Assembly (NCBI GenBank): GCA_963789955.1
Contig: CAWBMV010000036.1
Span: 32,001-96,000, forward strand
DNA: 64,000 bases
Reading direction: 5' to 3'
DNA from: an uncultured Candidatus Rokubacteria bacterium
GTDB taxonomy: Bacteria; Methylomirabilota; Methylomirabilia; Rokubacteriales; CSP1-6
Of this stretch, positions 53,955-63,605 are shown piece by piece. A model generated the notes under the pieces. That model saw only the letters and a list, made by a program, of their open reading frames with translations. It did not search any database and had not been told where the DNA came from. The position numbers and the translations under genes are program-made. The first letter of the stretch is position 1; every line of letters starts with the position of its first letter.

Positions 53955-54494
53955 CTACTGCGACCGCGGTGGGACCTTGATCCACGGCTCTGGGCACGCG
54001 GGTGCCGTCGGATAGTAGGCCCTAGCGCTGGCACAGTAGTACCAGTATGACTCGGGCGGTTGCTGCGCTTTCGCCCGCACACGGTGGATGGCGTCCCTCG
54101 TGTCCTTTTGCTGCGCGAGGAAGGCATCGCTGAGCTGCTGCATCCACTCGAGCCGGCTGTCCATCAGCTCGAGGACCTGGGGGAAACTAACCAGAGCCTT
54201 GACGCTATCGTCCCATTGTTGCTTTTTGAGCTCTGCGTTGAGCGCGTCGCCCTTCAGGCTTGGATTGGCTTTTGCGAATCGTGCCGCCTGGATCACCTCG
54301 AGCGGATACGTGGATGCCATGAAGATCTGCGCCAGGAGCGCGTCCGAATACTTCGCAATGGGTGTGACGATCTGCTCCAGCTCCTCGGGCTTGAAGGGAC
54401 GGGAGTCGGCACTGCGTGGCTGTTGCGCTCCCGCTGCGAGTGGCGCAAATGGTAGGCTCAGTGCTACAACGACCGCGAGCGCGATCAGCCGCAT
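53955..54494 (-). CDS. Truncated DUF3300-like protein fused to a YWYYC...YYP...CP..W module
   Basis: EELEQIV.PIA.Y.D.LLAQI.MASTYPLE, WD.SVKAL..FPQVL, DAFLAQ; C-terminal YWYYCASARAYYPTAPACPEPWIKVPP. Confidence 0.7.
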   Translation of the reverse strand: MRLIALAVVVALSLPFAPLAAGAQQPRSADSRPFKPEELEQIVTPIAKYSDALLAQIFMASTYPLEVIQAARFAKANPSLKGDALNAELKKQQWDDSVKALVSFPQVLELMDSRLEWMQQLSDAFLAQQKDTRDAIHRVRAKAQQPPESYWYYCASARAYYPTAPACPEPWIKVPPRSQ

Positions 54495-54630
54495 GGGCAC
54501 CTCGGTAGGGTTGGCTGGCGGGAGTCTAGCAGAGCTGCACTCCAGCGGGTCAGCGACACATCAGCGAGCTGAACGACGGGCGTTGCGCGCGTCGTCGCGC
54601 TCGGTGATACTCAGCGAAACGTGGCAGGGC

Positions 54631-54679
54631 CGGACTTCTAATCCGAGGGTTGCAGTCGCGACTCCTGCCAGGCGCACCA
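54631..54679 (+). repeat. Degenerate direct repeat of the tRNA-Arg 3' 49 nt (att site)
   Basis: CGGACTTCTAATCCGAGGGTtGCAGtcgCGACTCCTGCCAGGCGCACCA vs 49558-49606, 45/49 identical by manual alignment. Confidence 0.9.
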
Positions 54680-54725
54680 ACAACGACCGAAGCTTCTGGA
54701 CGTCCGGCTCAGCGAGGACTAAACC

Positions 54726-56328
54726 ATGAAGAGTCATCGCCCCCTCGTTCTCTTCGCGACCGCCCTCACGATCGCCGTCCTCTTCGCGCTGGCTCCTTCA
54801 GCGCGCGCTGCGGAGACGCCACGACGCGGCGGAGTACTGCTCGCCGCGATCGCCGCCGATGCGCCCAGTCTCGATCCGCACCAGGAGGAGACGTTCGCCA
54901 CGCTCGAGCTCGTGGCGCCGTGTTACAGCACCTTGCTCCAGATCGATCCCTTGCAGTACCCCAAGGTCATCGGCGACGTGGCGACCGAGTGGAAGATCGC
55001 GGCTGACGGGCTCACGTACACGTTCAAGCTCCGGCAGGGGATTCGGTTTCACGACGGCTCGCCGTTGACGGCGGCGGACGTCAAGGCGACCTACGAGAAG
55101 ATCGTGTTTCCGCCGGCGGGCGTCCGCAGCATCCGCAAGAACGCGTATGCCGCGGTCACGAGCCTCGAGGCTCCCGATGCGAACACCATCGTGTTCAAGC
55201 TCAAGCACCCGTCGGCGTCACTCCTCGCCAACCTGGCCTCGCCGTGGAACGTGATCTACCCGAAGAAGTACCTCGACAAGGATCCGAACTACTTCAAGGC
55301 GAACATCGTCGGGTCCGGGCCCTTCAAGTTCAAGAGCCACACGCGCGGATCCACGTTCGAGGCCGAGCGGAACCCCGACTACTTCATCAAGGACCGCCCC
55401 TATCTCGACGGCTACAAGTTCTTCGTCATCACGGAGACGTCGGCGCGCGCGGCGGCCATTCGCTCAGGGCGCGCCTGGATCGAGTTTCGCACCATGCCGC
55501 TGTCCGAGGTCGAGGCGATCCGTAAGCAGCTCGGCGACAAGGTGGTGGTGCAAGACACGCCGGCCACCGGCATCTTCGGCATCGCGGTGAACCAGACGAT
55601 CAAGCCCTTCAACGACGAACGCGTCCGCAAGGCGCTGACGCTCGGTCTCGATCGGTACACCGCGAGTCGCGTGCTCTACCCCATCGCGAGCCTCAAGGAC
55701 GTCGGCGGGCTGATGCGTCCTGGGACGGAGTGGGCGATGTCGGACGCCGAGCTGCAAAAGTTTCCTGGCTTCGGGAAGGACATCGAGAAGAATCGCGCCG
55801 AGGCCAAACGCCTTCTGGCCGAGGCCGGGTACCCCAACGGGATTCAAAACGGTCTTGAAGAACCGCAACGTCCGGGTCCCGTACATCGACTTCGGCACGT
55901 TCGTGATCCAGGAGTGGCGCAAGATCGGCATCGAGGTCGAGCACCAGACTCTCGAGACCGCGTCCTGGTTCGCGGATGGCCGGGACAGCGGCAGCTTCCA
56001 GCTGATCGTCAGCCCTTCGTTCAACTTCATGGACGACCCCGACCAGTTCCTCGAGCGGTACACCACGGGCGACAGCAACAACTGGGGGCGATTCTCCGAT
56101 CCGCGGATCGACGACCTCTTCACCCGCCAGGCGAGATCTCTGGATCCCACGGAGCGCAAGAAGCTCATCAACGAGATCGAGAAGATCGTGCTCGGGCACG
56201 TGTACTACATCCCGGGTATCTGGTGGGCGCGGAGCGTGGTGCACTGGGCGAAGGTGAAGAACTACGTGGCGCCGCCCAATCACTACTCGAACCAGAAGCT
56301 GCAGGACGTGTGGCTCAGCGAGGACTGA
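54726..56328 (+). CDS. ABC transporter substrate-binding protein, family 5, frameshift near 55845
   Basis: PRRGG.L, SLDPH, YTFKLRQGIRFHDGSPLTAADVKAT, GSGPF, PF.D.RVRKA, DVWL. Confidence 0.92.
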
Positions 56329-56347
56329 TGACTGCTATGCTGTAGCG

Positions 56348-57631
56348 ATGGGCGACGGGTCGCTCGCTTCAGGAACCACCAGCGCGCCCGCCGCCGTCTC
56401 GTCACGGGCGGTCACACCCGTCATCGACACGACCTTCACGGTGATCCTGTCGCTGAGCTTCTGCCACTTGCTCAACGACATGATGCAGTCGCTGGTGCCC
56501 GCGCTCTATCCGATCCTCAAGAGCTCCTACGGCCTGAGCTTCAGCCAGGTTGGTCTGATCACCCTGGCGTTCCAATGCACGGCCTCCATGCTGCAGCCCG
56601 TGGTCGGCCTCTACACCGACCGGCACCCACGACCATATTCCCTGACGATCGGCATCGGACTCACCCTCGTCGGGCTCCTGCTGGTGTCTCGAGCCTCGAC
56701 GTATCCGGTGATCCTGTTCGCGGCGACGTTGATCGGGATGGGCTCGGCGATCTTTCATCCCGAGGCCTCGCGCGTGGCGCGCATGGCGGCCGGCGGACGT
56801 TATGGGCTCGCCCAATCCCTCTTCCAGGTCGGCGGCAACATCGGCTCCGCCTCGGGCCCGTTGCTCGCCGCGTTTGTCGTCATCCCGCATGGGCAGTCGA
56901 GTATCGCGTGGTTCTCGGGAGCGGCGCTGATCGCCATCTTCGTACTGCTGCAGGTCGGGGGCTGGTACGCGCGTCACCTCGCGCAGGCGCGACCGAAGCT
57001 GCGCACCGCGGCAGCCGCCGTGATGTCCGCCACGGCGCCGCGCAAGAGCGCGCTGCCGCGCCGCAAGGTGATCCAGGCGGTGGCCATCCTGGTGGCGCTG
57101 CTCTTCTCGAAGAACGTCTACAGCGCCAGCCTGAGCTCGTACTACACCTTCTATCTGATCGACACGTTCCACTTGTCGATACAGACGGCGCAGTTCTATC
57201 TCGTTGCTTTCCTCGTCGGCATCGTGATCGGTACCATTGCCGGAGGCGCAGTCGGTGATCGTGTGGGACGCAAACCCGTCATGTGGTTCTCGATCCTGGG
57301 GGCGTTGCCCTTCGCGCTGCTCCTGCCGCACGCGAACCTGTTCTGGACCGGCGTTCTGGCCGTGCTCATCGCCATGATCATGGCCTCGGCCTTCTCCGCC
57401 ATCCTCGTCTACGCGCAAGAGCTCCTGCCGGGACGGGTGGGTCTCGCCGCGGGGATGTTCTACGGCTTCTCGTTCGGTCTCGGGGGTCTAGGCGCCGCCG
57501 CGCTCGGCAAGCTGGCCGACCTCACCAGCATCACGACGGTCTACCGCGTGTGCCCCTTCCTCTTGCTGCTGGGGCTCTTGACCGCCTTCCTGCCTCGGCG
57601 GCCCGGCGCGCCTTCGTTGAAGTCGGCGTAA
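56348..57631 (+). CDS. MFS transporter, Fsr (fosmidomycin resistance) family
   Basis: HLLNDMMQSL, QPVVG.YTD, FHPEASRVAR, AQSLFQVGGN, SAILVYAQEL.PGRVG. Confidence 0.9.
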   Translation: MGDGSLASGTTSAPAAVSSRAVTPVIDTTFTVILSLSFCHLLNDMMQSLVPALYPILKSSYGLSFSQVGLITLAFQCTASMLQPVVGLYTDRHPRPYSLTIGIGLTLVGLLLVSRASTYPVILFAATLIGMGSAIFHPEASRVARMAAGGRYGLAQSLFQVGGNIGSASGPLLAAFVVIPHGQSSIAWFSGAALIAIFVLLQVGGWYARHLAQARPKLRTAAAAVMSATAPRKSALPRRKVIQAVAILVALLFSKNVYSASLSSYYTFYLIDTFHLSIQTAQFYLVAFLVGIVIGTIAGGAVGDRVGRKPVMWFSILGALPFALLLPHANLFWTGVLAVLIAMIMASAFSAILVYAQELLPGRVGLAAGMFYGFSFGLGGLGAAALGKLADLTSITTVYRVCPFLLLLGLLTAFLPRRPGAPSLKSA

Positions 57632-57660
57632 GCGAAAGACGCTCTCGACGAGGCGGCGGG

Positions 57661-58173
57661 TCAGGCGACACCGCTCCCGCCGGGCGCAGGCGGGGGAACG
57701 GCACAGCTGGCGATGAGAGCGATGTCCTGGTCAGCGCGCCGGCCGACCTGGTGATACCAGATCGAATCGCGCATCTCCTCGGCGGCGGCGATCCAATCAC
57801 GGCGCTCCACCGCCGCGATCATCTTTCGAAAGGTCGAGAAGCCTCCGACCCCGAGATTGAAAACCATGTCGATGATCACCATCTGCGCCTGAGACGGCAG
57901 CGTATCGAAGCCTTGCACACAGCGGCGCGCGCCGGCTCGAGCCGCCGCGATGTCGAGGTCGAGTAGCGCGTCGATCTGCGCGTCGGTCAGGGAGACGGTC
58001 CCGCGACACACCGCCTCGTACGAGAGTCCAAGGGCCGCGATCTTGTCCTTCGCGTCAGGTCGGGTGAGATTGAAGCCGACCCCGATCGTGGGAATCCCGC
58101 GGGAGTCGACATAGGCGTTGACTCGCCGACCTTCGTGAGCCTCGATGAAGCGGCGGAGGCGGGCACTATTCAT
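57661..58173 (-). CDS. T4-type lysozyme (GH24)
   Basis: HEGRRVNAYVDSRGIPTIGVG = E-x8-D-x5-T triad; DMVFNLG, F.KM, S.WY.QVGRRA. Confidence 0.88.
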   Translation of the reverse strand: MNSARLRRFIEAHEGRRVNAYVDSRGIPTIGVGFNLTRPDAKDKIAALGLSYEAVCRGTVSLTDAQIDALLDLDIAAARAGARRCVQGFDTLPSQAQMVIIDMVFNLGVGGFSTFRKMIAAVERRDWIAAAEEMRDSIWYHQVGRRADQDIALIASCAVPPPAPGGSGVA

Positions 58174-58263
58174 CGCCCACTCGTTGCGCTAAGGTAGCCT
58201 GCCTCATGGTCTATCGGGCGGAAGCCTACTCCCTCGTCCTGCCCGCGGTGTGGGACCCGGCAC

Positions 58264-59779
58264 TCAAGAACTACGGTCCGAATCTCGGGTACGACTACGG
58301 TGGGCGTCTGATGGCGGCCTGGCTCGATCGCTGACGACGCGCTGGACCACATCCGCCACGCGCCGGATCGCGGCGCGGATGTCGGCCTCCGTCAGGGACG
58401 CGTAGCCGAAGAGCAGGCCGGCGCGTGGTGGTGGGCTCGTATGGAAGGGCGCCACGGAGTAGAGGCCGACGCCAGCCTCCCGCGCGCGCGCGATGACGGC
58501 ATCGAGCTCGCGTGGCCGCACGTCGTTCAGCCACACCACCAGATGCACGCCCGTGTTCTCGCCGGCAATCTCCGACGCGGTCGCCGAAGTGTTGCCGCAA
58601 CGCGCCGATCAGCGCGCGACGTTTCGCGGCGTTCCGGTTCCCCGCGCGCCGCAGGTAGCGCTCGAACTGGCCGGTCGTGATGAAGTCCGTGAGCGCTTCC
58701 TGGGCGAGCGTGGCCGAGAAGCGGTCCGTGGCCCACTTGGCCGCGACGAACGAAGGCACGAGAGATCGAGGCAGCACGAGGTACCCGATCCGTAGCGCTG
58801 GGAAGAGCGTCTTCGAGAATGTCCCGACGTAGATCACGCGGCCGTCGCGGTCCAGGGACTGCAGCGCCTCGAGCGGGTGCCCCTCGTACCGGAACTCGCT
58901 GACGTAGTCGTCTTCGATCACCCAGCTATTGGTGCGGCCGGCCCACGCGAGCAGCGCGAGCCGGCGCTCGAGCGGCATGATCACCCCGGTTGGAAACTGA
59001 TGGCAGGGGGTGACGTACGCGACCCGTGCCCGGGACGGCAGCCGGTGCGTCTGCAATCCGTCGCCGTCGACCGGCGTGTGGGCCAGTCGCGCGCCGGCCG
59101 CTTCGAACGGAATCGTCACCCCGGGGTAGTGCGGCTCCTCGACCACCGCGACGTCTCCCGGATCGAGCAGGACGCGCGCGGCGAGATCGAAGCCCTGCTG
59201 CGAGCCGTTGGTGATCACGATCTGATCCGCCTCGCAGACGACCCCTCGCGCCCGCTTCAGATATTCGGCGAGGGCGTCGCGCAGCGGCGCGTACCCGGCC
59301 GGGTCCGCATAGCCGAACGCGTCGCGGGCGGTGCGCCGCGCCCGCGCGGCCAGCAGCCGCCGCCAGATTTCCCGCGGGAACTCGTCGACGGACGGTTCGC
59401 CGTAGCGAAAGTCGTAGCGGAGACCGGTCGAGCGCGCAGGCGGCGTGCCGAGAAGCCCGGTCAGCCGCCGGGCGTAGGCGGAGACGGGCGCGGGATGCCA
59501 GGGCTTCGGACGCGGGGGCGCGGGCATCGCGGAGGTCGGCAGCACACCCGCCACCAACGTGGTCGCGCGGTTTCGGCTGACGACGTACCCTTCGGCGAGG
59601 AGCTGCTCGTAGGCCAGCATGACCGTGTTGCGCGAGACCCGGAGATCGGTCGCGAGCTCCCGGGTCGACGGCAGGCGCGCCGCGGGCGCCAGACGCCCGT
59701 CGCGGATCATCGACTTGAGGGCATGGTAGACGCGTCGATAGAGGGGGCCGTCCGCCTTACGCAGATCGAGGAGAAGCAT
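58264..59779 (-). CDS. MocR/GabR-family PLP-dependent transcriptional regulator, frameshift near 58575
   Basis: RLPSTRELA..L.VSRNTV..AYEQL.AEG wHTH; YVTP.HQFPTG, IEDDY, GTFSK.LFP.LR.GY, GMHL tail. Confidence 0.93.
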
Positions 59780-59824
59780 CTGGCACCGTAGATTAACTCG
59801 AAACTGGCTCTTTCAACAGGCCAG
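59780..59824. promoter_or_regulatory. Putative MocR operator (two direct repeats plus one inverted repeat)
   Basis: CTGGC at 59780 and 59804, GCCAG at 59820, within the 58 bp divergent intergenic gap. Confidence 0.55.
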
Positions 59825-59837
59825 AAGTCTGGGCACG

Positions 59838-60675
59838 ATGTCGGAGTACGATCACCGCGACGGAGGACAGGCCATGGGAAATATCAGAGTCGAGACCGGG
59901 CGCGTGCGCGCCAACGACGTGCAGACACTCGAGCAGCTGAACCGCAGCTACGTCCGGGCCGGCCAGGCTTCGGACACGCGCTGGTTCGACGAGCACCTGG
60001 CGGCGTGCTTCATGGCCAGTAATCCCGACGGGTCGCTGGTCGACCGTGCGGCTTTCCTGGACCGCATCGGCCGGCCGAATCCCAGCAAGAACATGGCGCC
60101 CGTCGACACCCATATCCGAGTGGTCGGTGACGTCGGCATCGTCGATTCGGGTTACCAGTACACGAGGCCGGACGGCCAGGACGGCGTGGGTCACTACACC
60201 GACGTCTACGGATTCCTGGAGGGACGCTGGCAGGGCGTCTCCGCGCACTTCGCCCTGCGCCCGGCGCCCCCACAAATCGGGGCCACGAAGACGGCCGACG
60301 TCGTCGCTGCCGCCCCGAATCCGACGGACCACGCGGCCCTTGCCGAGCTGAACCATCACTACATCCGTTCCGTCCAGGAGTCGGACGTCCGCTGGTTCGA
60401 CGCGAACCTCGCCCCGGAGTTCGTGAACGGCAACGCCGACGGCTCGTTCTCCGATCGTGCGGCGTTCATCGCGGTGCATCGGCAAGCCGAGCCAGGTCTC
60501 GAACCTCCGCGAGGAAGACGTCCGGATCCAGGTGGTGGGCGACATCGGCATCATCCACGCGCGCACTGCGTACACGAAGCCCGACGGTCAGGCCGGCACG
60601 GGGCGCTACACGGACATCTGGTGGCGCGCCGACGGGCGGTGGCGCTGCGTGTCGGCGCACGTCACGCGCGGCTGA
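59838..60675 (+). CDS. Tandem DUF4440 / NTF2-like protein, frameshift near 60478
   Basis: Two homologous repeats LN..Y......SD.RWFD..LA..F...N.DGS..DRAAF...GDVGI....Y..PDG..G.G.YTD....GRW..VSAH. Confidence 0.82.
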
Positions 60676-60873
60676 GCCACTCGGCGTCGGCCCGGCGAAC
60701 CTCGAAACGGTCGCTCCCTGCCCATGAGGGGCAGGTGCCAAATACGTGATAAGCTCTCGGTGTCCGGTTTCCCCCCTGTCCGTGACAGGGCTCGCTCGGA
60801 GCGCCTTCTGCCTCTCAGGCCGTATCCACATTGGGCGTCTGCCGAGACGCCGATGAAAGGCGAAAGCGAAAGT

Positions 60874-61092
60874 ATGAGCAAGGAAGACGCGATCGAGGTC
60901 GAGGGCAAGGTGGTCGAGCCGTTGCCCAATGCGATGTTCCGGGTCGAGATGGAAAATGGCCACAAGGTCCTGGCCCACGTGTCGGGCAAGATGCGCATGC
61001 ACAGGATCCGGATCCTCCCCGGCGACAAAGTCACGATGGAGCTATCGCCCTACGATCTGACCCGCGGTCGGATCACGTACCGGTTCAAGTAG
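60874..61092 (+). CDS. infA: Translation initiation factor IF-1
   Basis: [21 protein letters not shown]...AHVSGKMR...[23 protein letters not shown]. Confidence 0.98.
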   Translation: MSKEDAIEVEGKVVEPLPNAMFRVEMENGHKVLAHVSGKMRMHRIRILPGDKVTMELSPYDLTRGRITYRFK

Positions 61093-61158
61093 CAGTCCGC
61101 GTTCGGCAGCACAGCACACCACCGCCCTGAGCCTCGCGCTCTGCCATAATCACGCGTC

Positions 61159-61919
61159 ATGCTCGAGGTGTCGGGGCTCGTCAAGGCATTCGGGAGTCTG
61201 CGCGCCGTCGATGGCGTCGATCTCGCCGTCGGCGCCGGCACGATCACCGGGCTCATCGGCCCCAACGGCGCCGGCAAGACGACGCTCTTCAACCTGATCG
61301 CGGGCGCGCTCGCACCCGAGGCCGGCGCCATCCGTTTCATGGGCGAGCGCATCGACCGACTCACGCCCGATCGCATCTTCGCCAAGGGCCTCGCCCGCAC
61401 GTTTCAGGTTCCGCGGCCGTTTCCGCAGATGACCGTGCTCGAGAACCTCATGCTGGCGCCGCTTCGCCAGTCAGGCGAGCGCCTCTGGAACAACTGGCTG
61501 CGCGCCGGGCGCGTGCGGCACGAGGAGCAGCGCGGCGCGCGCGCGCGCGGTGGAGGTGCTCGAGCTGTGCGATCTCGCCGACAAGGCCGGTGAGATCGCC
61601 GGACGACTCTCGGGCGGGCAGCAGAAGCTCCTCGAGCTGGCGCGCGTCCTGATCGCCGAGCCGAAGCTGATCCTGCTCGACGAGCCGGCGGCCGGGGTCA
61701 ACCCGGTGCTGCTCGAGACGCTCGTCGATCGCATCGTGCGCCTGCAACCAGCGCGGCGTCACGTTCCTCGTCATCGAGCACAACATCGATCTCGTGCTGA
61801 CCGTGTGCCGGCCGATCGTCGTCATGGCGCAGGGCAAGCTGATCTACCACGGGGATGCCGCGGGCGTGCGCCAGGACCGGCGGGTGCTCGACGCGTATCT
61901 GGGCGACATGCCCGCATGA
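61159..61919 (+). CDS. livG: Branched-chain amino acid ABC transporter ATPase (LivG-like), frameshifted
   Basis: GPNGAGKTT, ARTFQ, LSGGQQKLLELAR, LLDEPAAG, IEH, AYLG. Confidence 0.85.
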
Positions 61920-61926
61920 CCCTCCG

Positions 61927-62640
61927 ATGAGCCATCTCCAGGTGAACGACCTCGTCGCCGGCTATGTCCGCGGCCTGCCGGTGGTGCACGGCGTGTCGAT
62001 CGCAGGTCGATCGGCGCGAGATCGTCACGCTCATCGGCCCCAACGGCGCCGGGAAGAGCACCTGCTCAAGGCCATCGCCGGGCTGGTCTCGCGCGAGGGG
62101 GGGCACGTCACGGCTCGACGGCCGGGACGTGACGGCGTTGCCCGCACACGAAGTCGTGTCGTCGGGGATCGGGTTCGTGCCGCAGACCGGCAACGTCTTC
62201 ACGACCCTGACCGTGCACGAGAATCTCAAGGTCGGCGCGCACGTGATCCGCGGCGCGTTGACCGAACGCCTCGAGCGCGCCTATGCCTTGTTCCCGCCGC
62301 TGGCGGCGCGGCGCGCGCTTCGCGCCCGCACCTTGTCGGGCGGCGAGCGGCAGATGCTCGCGATCGCGCGCGCGCTGATGACCGATCCGACGTTGCTCAT
62401 GCTCGACGAGCCGACGGCGGGGCTCGCGCCGCGCGTCGTCGAAGAGGTCTTCCGCCAGCTTCGTGGGCTCGCCGAATCGGGCATCGCGGTCCTGATGGTG
62501 GAACAGAACGCGAAGGCCGCGCTTGCGCGTGTCCGACCGCGGCTACGTGCTGACCGAAGGCCGTAATCGCTTCACCGGTCGCCGGCGCGCGCGACGAACC
62601 GCGCTGCTGAAGCGCTCGGCAGCCGACGTCGATGAGTCGG
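61927..62640 (+). CDS. livF: Branched-chain amino acid ABC transporter ATPase (LivF-like), frameshifted, end approximate
   Basis: GPNGAGKST, FVPQ..NVF..LTV.ENL, LSGGERQMLA.ARALM, LDEP, VEQNA. Confidence 0.82.
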
Positions 62641-62699
62641 CGCATGCGCGATTCCTGGGCGTGTCGCGCGGGGCCGCGGCGAAGCCGCGGCCAGCCAGC

Positions 62700-63605
62700 G
62701 TGGTGGGCTCGGGCCCCACATCGCCGACGGCCTGCCTCGACCGGCGCCGTCATCGCGCTCGGCGCGATCGGCGTGACGTTCACGCTCGGCATCATGCGCT
62801 TCGCGAACTTCGCGCATTCCGAGCTCCTCACGTGGGGCGCCTACTTCGCGCTGGTCGTCGTCGCGTTCGCCGGACCCGGCGCGCCCACCGGGCCGCTCTC
62901 GTTCGGCTGGCAGCTGGTCGCCGCCGCGCTCGTCGCGGCCGTACTGACCGGGCTCGCCGCGTGGGCCGTCGACGCGCTCGTGTTCCGGCGGCTGCGACGC
63001 CGCGGCGCGCATCCGCTCACGATGGTCTTCGCGGCGTTCGGGGCCGCGCTCGTGATGCGCCACCTGGTCGTGCTGGTCTGGGGACACGAGTCGCGCTACT
63101 ACACGCGCGAATTGCAGATGGCGACGGAGGTGCTGCCGGGAGTTCGCGTGCTGCCCGGATCAGATCTTCATCGTCGGCCTGGCGCTGGCGGCCATGATCG
63201 GCCTGCACGTGTTCCTGACGCGGAGCCGTACCGGCATGGCGATGCGCGCGATGGCGGAGAGCCCGGCGCTCGCGCAGGTGTGCGGCATCGAGGTCGAGCG
63301 GGTGGTGCGCCTCACCTGGATCATCTCCGGGGCGCTGGCGGCGCTCGCCGGCGTGTTCGTCGGCCTCACGCCGCAGATTCATCCGGAGATCGGGTTCAAC
63401 GTGCTGCTGTCGCTGTTCGCGGCGGCGATCCTGGGCGGCACGGGCAGCCTCCCCGGCGCCGTCGTCGGCGGGCTTCTGGTCGGCCTCGCCGAGAACCTGT
63501 CGCTGCTCGTGATCAGCCCGGGCTACAAGGGCGCGATGCCCTTCCTGCTGCTCCTGCTCATGCTTGATCGTGCGGCCGCAGGGCATCTTCGGCGAGCGGA
63601 GCTAG
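62700..63605 (+). CDS. livH: Branched-chain amino acid ABC permease (LivH-like), frameshifted, start approximate
   Basis: GAVIALGAIGVT......FANFAH, G.AMRA, FAAAILGG.GS, RPQGIFG. Confidence 0.82.

Larger units (their letters stand above)
49558..54679. mobile_element. Decayed genomic island/islet integrated at tRNA-Arg(TCT)
   Basis: Bounded by the tRNA 3' portion and its degenerate direct repeat at 54631-54679; contains an IS and visibly lower-GC accessory genes. Confidence 0.75.

Noticed and set aside
54631..54679. Second tRNA-Arg gene
   Set aside because: Lacks the 5' acceptor strand and D-arm and has a mutated T-arm; it is an att-type repeat.
57661..58173. Prophage around the lysozyme
   Set aside because: No other phage genes in the flanks.
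62560..62740. Possible extra element between livF and livH
   Set aside because: The sequence looks error-rich here; fragments fit the livF tail and livH head.
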